Below are positions 1 to 6,937 of a stretch of 14,523 bases of DNA, piece after piece. The stretch is taken from NCBI GenBank assembly GCA_041750285.1, contig JBGSZS010000022.1:1-14523 (forward strand), in the 5' to 3' direction. The translations under genes were made by a program, and so were the position numbers. The DNA comes from Candidatus Fermentibacteraceae bacterium (GTDB lineage: Bacteria; Fermentibacterota; Fermentibacteria; Fermentibacterales; JCC-6). Every line of letters starts with the position of its first letter. The first letter of the stretch is position 1. The notes beneath the pieces were generated by a model. The model did not search any database and was not told the DNA's origin. It saw only the letters and a list, made by a program, of their open reading frames with translations.

Positions 1-1153
1 TCATCATCCCGTCCATGAGGGTATCAACCAGCCTGCCGGAGACGTCATAGACATCTATTTTGGTGGGACTGCTTGCAGGCAGTTCAAAACGAATCGCAGT
101 TGCTGAGGAGAAAGGGTTGGGCGTCGGTGTCTGCAGGACCGCTGCTTGAAGGACAGGACCGCCCTCGATGCCCGTCATCTGCTGGTCCAGGAAGAGGAAC
201 TCCTGGATGAAACGGCTGGTGTTCATGCTGTGACCTACGCCGGGAAGGCTCTGGAAGACATGGGGAATTCCAAGTGATGCAAGTGTATCCGAGTAGTTGC
301 AATTGGATTCGTATACACACAATAGGTTGTCATCCTCTCCGCAGTCGAAGAAAATCCCAAGGTCGGGCTGTGGATAAAGAAGCTTGACCATATGGGACGG
401 ATTGTGAAGGTTGTAGAGGGCATAGACAGAATCAACGACTTCCCCATACTCGTCGAGCAGGAAGTCAACAGAATCGGGAGCGTTAAGGTTGGGGCTGTAT
501 GCCCCGCCTGTAAGGAACAGGAAGTTCGTGTAGAAGCCGTTCCCCCACTCGTAGGTATAGGGTGGTTCTGTCTCGGGACTTTCAGACAGTACGGCAAGGA
601 TCAAGTCATCTACCAGTGAGAAGTCCATCGTTCCTGAATGGGAAGCAACCGCCCTGTACCAGTCGGGATGCCGGAGAGCGATGTCCATAGAACCGTATGC
701 TCCCATCGAGTGTCCGGCAATGCATCTCTTCCAGGGCTCTGTACAGACTTGATGGTTTTCTTCCATGAAGTCCACGAGGTCGTATACCACATAGTCCTCG
801 TAGTTGCCGTTAAGGATGGAGTTTGACCACATGCTGCCACCATATGGCTGACAGCTGCCATTCGGAGTGACCACTATGACAGGCTCGATCTGACCTGATG
901 AGATCAGACTATCCAAGGCGAACAGCATGGTTGTTGAGTAAGTGGTATGGCCCGGTTGGCCTGTCATACTCCATCCATGCAGCCAGTAGATGGTGGGATA
1001 GTCTATCGAACCCTGCGGGTCGTAGCCCTCGGGCAGATAGATCCTGACCTGGTTTTCAAACCCCAGGCTGGGAGGAACGAAGGAAGTGTCCACCCATGTT
1101 CCGCCGGCGAAGGATAACCCGGCCAGCAGTAATACCGTTAACAGCCAACCCAC
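1..1153 (-). CDS. Secreted alpha/beta-hydrolase (putative esterase family, Fes/XynZ-like) with C-terminal T9SS/FlgD-like domain; 3' end runs off the window
   Basis: Absent from the ORF track (no stop in window). Manual translation is open from GTG 1153 (GGGGGG RBS; alternative ATG 1168) to position 2. It shows a signal peptide (WLLTVLLLAGLSFAG), RIYLPEGYD..YPTIYWLHG, nucleophile elbow IAGHSMGAYG, FDCGEDD and GVGHS, then TGIE..PNPFSSATAIRFELP..IDVYDVSGRLV. Confidence 0.9.
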   Translation of the reverse strand, partial: MGWLLTVLLLAGLSFAGGTWVDTSFVPPSLGFENQVRIYLPEGYDPQGSIDYPTIYWLHGWSMTGQPGHTTYSTTMLFALDSLISSGQIEPVIVVTPNGSCQPYGGSMWSNSILNGNYEDYVVYDLVDFMEENHQVCTEPWKRCIAGHSMGAYGSMDIALRHPDWYRAVASHSGTMDFSLVDDLILAVLSESPETEPPYTYEWGNGFYTNFLFLTGGAYSPNLNAPDSVDFLLDEYGEVVDSVYALYNLHNPSHMVKLLYPQPDLGIFFDCGEDDNLLCVYESNCNYSDTLASLGIPHVFQSLPGVGHSMNTSRFIQEFLFLDQQMTGIEGGPVLQAAVLQTPTPNPFSSATAIRFELPASSPTKIDVYDVSGRLVDTLMDGMM

Positions 1154-1239
1154 TTCTGTACCCCCCATTTCGAGCGAAACATGGGTAAAAGCCACGCGGC
1201 CACGCCGAAGAATGCCGTCACCGGCGTTTCCCCGGCATG

Positions 1240-1941
1240 CTAGAAACTTCCCTTTATCCCTCCCCATGTAAACGGAGCCAGATCCCAGGCGGTGTCGGTG
1301 ACTATCACATGGTCGAAAGCCGCGTGCTTGAGTTCGCTTCCGGTTCCTTCGCATCCCATGCCGATCGAGCCCGGTTCCATGTAGGTCGCGTCATTCACCG
1401 AGATAAGGAAGTCCTCAGGCTCATCGGAGATATCCCCCTGCCACACCTTTCCCCGAATAAGGGTTCCGTATACCTCAAACCTCACCCAGTAGTTTTCCCC
1501 GAAGCCAAGGTTGTAGGCAGAAGAACCCAGCGTCTCTATGTTTGCACCATCATGGCGATAGATTGATACCATATCCGAAAAGTATCTCATCCAGAGCACA
1601 TAGGCCTTTTGATCGGAGAACGGTTCCTGCCACCTCACGGCGAAACCAACATGCTGTGTGTTTTCGATTGCCGTGGTTCGGCAGATCAGCGAATAGTCGG
1701 GCACCGACATGTGCCAGAATGAAGCCCCCTCCTTATCCCCACTGAATGCGAAGGCAAAACCGCTCGCAGTTGAGATCTCCATGTGGTACCGGCCTTCGTC
1801 AACATAGTAGCTCGTCGAATCTGGTTGGGTGCTGTACTCCGTCCACCCGTCAGCATTTCCGTCATCGAAATCGTCCTCGAACAGGGTGACAGCCCCGCAC
1901 GCACCCGTCAGGACCACAAACAACCATACCGTTGTTTTCAT
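1240..1941 (-). CDS. Secreted acidic beta-sandwich protein (DUF1080/concanavalin-like) with C-terminal TWGxIKxxF motif
   Basis: 233 aa; AAGGAGG RBS; signal peptide; LFEDDFDDGNADGW start, GSIGMG..AAFDHVIV end; terminal DLAPFTWGGIKGSF. Confidence 0.8.
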   Translation of the reverse strand: MKTTVWLFVVLTGACGAVTLFEDDFDDGNADGWTEYSTQPDSTSYYVDEGRYHMEISTASGFAFAFSGDKEGASFWHMSVPDYSLICRTTAIENTQHVGFAVRWQEPFSDQKAYVLWMRYFSDMVSIYRHDGANIETLGSSAYNLGFGENYWVRFEVYGTLIRGKVWQGDISDEPEDFLISVNDATYMEPGSIGMGCEGTGSELKHAAFDHVIVTDTAWDLAPFTWGGIKGSF

Positions 1942-1979
1942 TGCTTTCCCCTCCTTTTCCCGGCAATGCCGGGGAATGA

Positions 1980-2027
1980 CTAGAAGAAGTGCTCGAGGTA
2001 GAGCATCACAGGATCCGGGTTTTTCAT
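1980..2027 (-). CDS. Candidate small peptide MKNPDPVMLYLEHFF (15 aa)
   Basis: GAAGGAGGTGAT directly precedes ATG 2027; TAG at 1980. It is the 3' end of the 115-aa track ORF 1980..2327, whose remainder looks non-coding. Confidence 0.4.
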   Translation of the reverse strand: MKNPDPVMLYLEHFF

Positions 2028-2347
2028 ATCACCTCCTTCTCCGTTTTCCTGGATATTCAGATCTGAGAGAAGCACGGGGGCGGATGGACGTGTCATGCAG
2101 ACCCCGGGAGGGAGTTCCGAGGAATCGGAATCCGCGGCTTGGCGCCAAGCCGGCTGTTTTTGGTTTAGCAGGGTGTCAGCAGCTCTGTTGATGGAGGAAA
2201 TAGTCCTTATCGGGACGAATGCGGGTTCGGGCATGTTACCCCCCCAGAAAGACTGCGTAGTCGGCAGGTGGCTGTAACCTGCCAGGCAGCGCATGAAGGG
2301 GGATACAGACACCTTCCGGCTGCGCATTTCATTGAATACGCTGACGC

Positions 2348-2376
2348 TGTATAGTCAATGGAGTAAGCCATGTCAA
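2348..2376 (-). promoter_or_regulatory. Candidate sigma70 promoter TTGACA-N17-TATACA
   Basis: Exact -35 at 2376..2371, 17-bp spacer, 4/6 -10 at 2353..2348, within an AT-rich patch. Confidence 0.5.
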
Positions 2377-2748
2377 TACATCTATTTCATACAATATCAG
2401 TATGAGTGTTATTGTGTCTTGTTTCAGCTCCACGGAAACGGCTTGGAATGCCCTTTTTATCGAAGTCTCAGCCCTTTGGGACAGTTTTGCGAATCATAGC
2501 TGCAGCAACGCTTTGGCGCTGACTGAGGGACAGGGGATGTTCCCCTGTTCATCCAGAATGCCGGCGGGGATCCTGCCGGATCTCTGGCTGTCGGCTCCAC
2601 AGGCTTCCCGGTTTCAGATACATCCTTGAGGTTTTCTGCGATGATGTGGACCGGCTCCTTCACCTTCATTCCGTCACAAGTAATGGCCCATCGACCTTAT
2701 CACATGCAGACTATCCGGAGAAGGTTCAGGCTGGAACGGATTAACTCC

Positions 2749-2798
2749 TTGACAGTTTATCATGTTTGCACAATTATCGTGTTGCTTATAGATGTCAA
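2749..2798. promoter_or_regulatory. Overlapping bidirectional sigma70 promoter pair
   Basis: + strand: TTGACA 2749-2754, N17, AATTAT 2772-2777. - strand: TTGACA 2798..2793, N17, AATTGT 2775..2770. Confidence 0.5.
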
Positions 2799-2819
2799 TT
2801 CAACATACGGGAGCGAAAC

Positions 2820-3218
2820 ATGAAAATCATGCTGTTTTCAGTCATCACCGTCTGCGTGGCGTTTGCCGGCCAGTCACCCATGAGCGGTTCGGAGGGCAAC
2901 ATGCCCATGTCGGACAGAAACATGGACGAGATCAGAGAAGTCCTGGACGGAGTCAAATCATCGGTTCAGGAAGCCTACGAAGAACTTCTGATCACCGCAC
3001 CTGAAGCTTCGGGAGAACTGAACGCAAGGTTCGCCATCACTCCGGCTGGTGCTGTAACCGGTCTGGAGGTAACATGCACCGAAGGTCTTGAGACCCTTGT
3101 CGATCCTGTTACCGAAACGTTCGCAGCACTTGACTTCGGAAGTTGTCCCGGGCAGACGGAAAACCTTCCCGTATCAGTACCCTTCACCCTTGTTCCACCT
3201 CAACGGGAATCTGAGTGA
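2820..3218 (+). CDS. Exported AgmX/PglI C-terminal (TonB-C-like) domain protein
   Basis: Start reassigned to ATG 2820 (GGGAG RBS; signal peptide MKIMLFSVITVCVAFA). Pattern VQEAYEELL..P...GELNARFAITPAGAV..LDF..VSVPFTL. Confidence 0.7.
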   Translation: MKIMLFSVITVCVAFAGQSPMSGSEGNMPMSDRNMDEIREVLDGVKSSVQEAYEELLITAPEASGELNARFAITPAGAVTGLEVTCTEGLETLVDPVTETFAALDFGSCPGQTENLPVSVPFTLVPPQRESE

Positions 3219-3492
3219 ACTGACAGGCCGTAGAAAAGGATTTCGCGCCACTTTGCACCGGGTTGACGATGCGGCACTCCTTTTTGATCACGCACTTCAG
3301 TAACCTCACATTTGAATGGATCGTTCAGTCCTGAGGGGGGTTCCGGAGCATTCGCACCGGTCGGCTGGCTTGTCCGGCGGTGAAACGTTTATGAGGGGTT
3401 GCGATGGGCTCTGCGGCCGGGCAACCCTCTTGTTCGGGCGCCATGACTTCATTGCCCGGCGCTGTTACCGCCTTTTTCCCAACACCTCGAGG

Positions 3493-4482
3493 TCACCGTA
3501 AAACCGAGAAGTCAGCAGTCTCGGACCATCCGGTTCCGGAGAGACGGAGATGGTAGGCACCTGATGGAAGTCCATCAACGATGGCAGTGCAGGTGCCCGC
3601 TGAGAATTCACCTTCTTCAGTGAAGACTGCTCTTCCCGCGGTGTCGAACACCTCGACCGATACCCTTTCTCCGTCCGCAAGCGTGAAAACGATATCCACG
3701 GCCCCCGTGGAGGGGTTGGGTGCAACCCTGAGGGCAGTGCAAAGCGGGTTCATGGTGCCTTCCCCGACCGCTCCCATGTCCATGCAGTATCGGTGGATGG
3801 CTCCCTGGGCGGGATCGCTGAAGTAGAAACGGTTTCCCTCCTGGGCAATCGCGACCCCCACTGCGCTGGCGTAGCTGCCATAACCGAGTTCTTCGTATCC
3901 GTCCGGCGAAAAGTACATCCGTACAGGCGAGACCGGATCGTTGCAGGCTACGGGGTAACTCATGTAAGAAGTCGGTGCGGAGATGTCATGTACTTCGGGG
4001 CAGTTCAGAAGAGCTATCCGCTCGACCGGTACGTTCGTGCTCAGGGGCAGGTCAATGCTGTAGATGATGCTGGTCGCTGAGTCGATGAAATACAGCCGTG
4101 GATCTCCCCAGGCGAGTGCATCCAGTCCTGATATGCTCGAGATGTCCGAACCGGAGAAGTCCCACACGCCGGCCGGCTCGCCGTCCGTGGTCATGGCATG
4201 GACGATTGCCGTGCCGCTCTCGGCGAAGTACAGGGTGTCCTCCAGAAGGGCAAGCCCGACAGCCTTCTTCTCAAATGCCGGCAATTGAAGGGTCCCCTGA
4301 AGCGCCCCTGTCGAGTAATGAACGGCGTAGACCATGCAATCAAGCGAATCAAGCGCGTAGACCGTTCCGTAATCGCACGCGAGGCCGGTTATGTGATCGC
4401 TTGGAGCGGGAAAGCTCCACTCGACGAACTGGCAGAACGCAGCAAATGAAAGAAGAATGATCAGAAGCACTGAACATCTCAT
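3493..4482 (-). CDS. Secreted beta-propeller-like (NHL/SMP-30-type) protein with C-terminal T9SS/FlgD-like domain
   Basis: 329 aa; GGAGGT RBS; signal peptide; repeated GLA/GLD..LYF.D/E blades; C-terminal VAPNPSTGAVDIVFTL..VEVFDTAGRAV..LPSGAYHLRL. Confidence 0.8.
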   Translation of the reverse strand: MRCSVLLIILLSFAAFCQFVEWSFPAPSDHITGLACDYGTVYALDSLDCMVYAVHYSTGALQGTLQLPAFEKKAVGLALLEDTLYFAESGTAIVHAMTTDGEPAGVWDFSGSDISSISGLDALAWGDPRLYFIDSATSIIYSIDLPLSTNVPVERIALLNCPEVHDISAPTSYMSYPVACNDPVSPVRMYFSPDGYEELGYGSYASAVGVAIAQEGNRFYFSDPAQGAIHRYCMDMGAVGEGTMNPLCTALRVAPNPSTGAVDIVFTLADGERVSVEVFDTAGRAVFTEEGEFSAGTCTAIVDGLPSGAYHLRLSGTGWSETADFSVLR

Positions 4483-4519
4483 TATAGTACCTCCATATAC
4501 ATATTACGTCTTCCAGTAG

Positions 4520-4548
4520 AATATATATCCTGCCGTACACGGACGCAA
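4520..4548 (-). promoter_or_regulatory. Candidate sigma70 promoter TTGCGT-N17-TATATT
   Basis: -35 at 4548..4543, -10 at 4525..4520, about 40 bp upstream of ATG 4482. Confidence 0.5.
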
Positions 4549-4798
4549 ACAAAGCACTCCATGCAACAGGGTTTTACCCGAAATGTTTGCCGGTTCGGAT
4601 GCGAAGAGGCGGTTGCCCTGGAAGCAGCCGGTAACATCGGAAGGATACGGGCACGACCACACCAGACACTGCATCAACTACCGGCATGGTTCGATGCTGC
4701 CCGGCGGACAGGGGCCAACACACCGAATGAGCTCAAGACCAGCCGATTGAGCGAACCGGGGCTTTTACCCATCGCTGCCGTACATTCCCGTGACGGTT

Positions 4799-4827
4799 TT
4801 GACAATGGTGAACGTTGATTCTATGAT
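4799..4827 (+). promoter_or_regulatory. Near-consensus sigma70 promoter TTGACA-N17-TATGAT
   Basis: TTGACA 4799-4804 and TATGAT 4822-4827, upstream of the transporter. Confidence 0.75.
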
Positions 4828-4909
4828 GCCCGCACCCGGCAAAGGCGCAGAAGCGTAACTGCGTTGTTACCGTGAAAATATTGCGGTCAAGGAGCGCTCT
4901 GCGTTTGCC

Positions 4910-6856
4910 ATGAAGTTCGAAGACACCCTCAGTAAAAGCTTCGTTCTGCTCGATCCCGAAGTACACAGTGCACGGGGGATGTTCCAGGCTTTCGCCGCCC
5001 TTCTCCGCGACAAGGGAGTCATCGAAGACGAGTCCGGCTTCGTGTCAGAACTGGAAGCGAGTGAAGCGCGCGGTTCGACAGGGATCGGACAGGGAATCGC
5101 CCTGCCGCATCTGATGATGGACGAACTGGATCAGAGCCACATCCTCATCGCCCGGGTGAAAGCAGGCATTCCTTTCAATTCTCTGGACGGGCAGCCGGCA
5201 AGGCTCATCATTCTGCTTATCTCGGCGAAGAAACAGCGCTCCGAGTATCTGAAAAACCTGGCACGCGTCGCCCGGGTCCTTCAGCGTGAAAATGTCATCG
5301 ACAGGCTCCTGGAGACGCCCGATCCCGTGTCGGTGGTTTCCATCATCTGTTCGAAACACAAGGCGACGTACCTTCGAAGGCACTCGCGGCTCCTTTACTT
5401 TTTCGCCACGGTCGCAACGGTTTTCGTGCTCTTCGCCCTCATCATGCCCAGGATATCGATACCTGCCGGTGACGCAACGGCCCTGGATGCCGGCTATCTG
5501 AAGTACAACGAACCCGAATGGATACAGAGACAGATAATCGCCGCCGGGGTCTTCCTTGCAACCGTGATAGGCACACTGCTCTTCTGGCGGCACCGTGTGG
5601 CAATTGCCGCCTTCGGGCTTGGAATACTCCTGCTTTCCGGTACAATGGATCTCGATACTGCGATCCAGTTCATGAACATCCCCACAATCCTCTTCATCAT
5701 CTCCATGATGGTCGTGATCTCTTACATGGAGTCGCTCGGCTTTTTCAAATACATCGTTTCCTGGATAGTGAACAAGACGGGACCCCACCCCCGCAGGATT
5801 TTCCTCGTTCTCATGCTGTCGGCAGGGATTCTCGGAGGCCTGGTGAACGAGGTAACGGCAATCTTCATAGCCGTGGCGATAGCGATAAGCATATGCAACG
5901 AGATGAACCTGAACCCCTTCCCTTTTGTCATCGGGCTGGTTTTCGCGACGAACACCGCGTCGGCCCTGACCATGATAGGCAACCCGATCGGCATCTATAT
6001 CGCCTTCGCAGGTGGTTTGACCTTCGGTGACTTCCTGCGGTGGTCGACTCCGATATCGCTGGTCATAGTGCTTCTGATCTCGGGCCTGCTGCTGCTTTTA
6101 TTCCGAAGGCAGATCCCGTCCCGTGCGAAGGTCAGCTCTCCCGGGCTCAATTCAGCCGGACCCGAAGTGAACCTTGCAAGGGTGAGGGTCAGCGGCATCA
6201 TGTTCATACTTCTCATCGGCATCATCGGGTTTTCCAAACAGATCGACGATCTTCTGGGCCTTCTGCCGAATACGAGCATAGTCGCAGTGCCCATCGCCTT
6301 CGCTGGTCTTGTGATCTTCATGGCGAGGGACCGGGGAAAGATGCTCATCCAGGAGGGCGTGGACTGGTGGGCGATCCTCTTCTTCATGTTCCTTTTCGCG
6401 AAGGCTGCCTGCCTTGAGTACACCGGGGTCACGCCAAAGATCGCCTACCAGATCCTGGCCTTCTCCAACAGTGTTCAGGATGGAGTTTTCGGTGTTGCCT
6501 GCAGCGTAACGATCGTTTCGCTGATCGTGATCACGGTTTTCACTGCGGTTGCATCAGGCTTTGCCGACAACCTGCCCATAATCGCCGCACTGGTGCCCGT
6601 CATCAAGACACTTCAGATCGCCGGCCTGCCTCATTCCTCAATACTCTGGTGGGGACTGCTCTTTGGCGGATGCCTGGGGGGAAACCTGACCATGATTGGT
6701 TCTTCGGCGAACATGGTTGCGCTGTCCATCTACGAGAAGGCGGAAGGCAAACAGATCGGCTTCCTCAGATGGCTGAAGTACGGTTTCCCCGTGGTCGTGA
6801 TCTCGCTGCTGGTGGCCCTTCTGCTGCTTGTCCTTCAGATAGGCGTTGCAGAATGA
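4910..6856 (+). CDS. PTS EIIA (type 2, PtsN-like) domain fused to an ArsB/NhaD/CitMHS (IT superfamily) permease
   Basis: 648 aa. N-terminal GSTGIGQGIALPH..GIPFNSLDGQPARLIILL..YLKNLARVAR, then many hydrophobic segments with FATNTASALTMIGNP, GFADNLP and GGCLGGNLTMIGSSANMV. Confidence 0.9.
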   Translation: MKFEDTLSKSFVLLDPEVHSARGMFQAFAALLRDKGVIEDESGFVSELEASEARGSTGIGQGIALPHLMMDELDQSHILIARVKAGIPFNSLDGQPARLIILLISAKKQRSEYLKNLARVARVLQRENVIDRLLETPDPVSVVSIICSKHKATYLRRHSRLLYFFATVATVFVLFALIMPRISIPAGDATALDAGYLKYNEPEWIQRQIIAAGVFLATVIGTLLFWRHRVAIAAFGLGILLLSGTMDLDTAIQFMNIPTILFIISMMVVISYMESLGFFKYIVSWIVNKTGPHPRRIFLVLMLSAGILGGLVNEVTAIFIAVAIAISICNEMNLNPFPFVIGLVFATNTASALTMIGNPIGIYIAFAGGLTFGDFLRWSTPISLVIVLLISGLLLLLFRRQIPSRAKVSSPGLNSAGPEVNLARVRVSGIMFILLIGIIGFSKQIDDLLGLLPNTSIVAVPIAFAGLVIFMARDRGKMLIQEGVDWWAILFFMFLFAKAACLEYTGVTPKIAYQILAFSNSVQDGVFGVACSVTIVSLIVITVFTAVASGFADNLPIIAALVPVIKTLQIAGLPHSSILWWGLLFGGCLGGNLTMIGSSANMVALSIYEKAEGKQIGFLRWLKYGFPVVVISLLVALLLLVLQIGVAE

Positions 6857-6899
6857 AGACCGCTCCGGAACTTTGGGGTGGAGCCATGAACGGTGCGGT

Positions 6900-6924
6900 A
6901 TCATGTCCGCCTGCGTGACATGAT
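6900..6924. terminator. Inverted repeat between convergent genes (possible terminator or stability hairpin)
   Basis: ATCATGTC 6900-6907 / GACATGAT 6917-6924; no U-tract on either side. Confidence 0.3.
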
Positions 6925-6937
6925 GGGCTGTCTTCCC

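Noticed and set aside
84..1271. Short track ORFs over the first 1.2 kb
   Set aside because: Alternative-frame or antisense shadows of the uninterrupted esterase frame; I found no frameshift.
2028..2040. ATCACCTCCTT resembling a 16S rRNA 3' end
   Set aside because: No other rRNA sequence nearby; better read as a - strand Shine-Dalgarno.
1980..2327. 115-aa ORF as a real protein
   Set aside because: No recognisable motif, no RBS at its start, and it runs through many hairpins. Only the last 15 codons have a strong SD. A start near 2234 is not excluded.
4561..4818. 85-aa ORF and GCCGGTA/TACCGGC repeat in the divergent gap
   Set aside because: No RBS or family motif; a 7-bp inverted repeat is expected by chance.
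5045..6432. Long overlapping ORFs (247, 170 and 145 aa)
   Set aside because: Shadows of the transporter produced by GC-rich codon bias.
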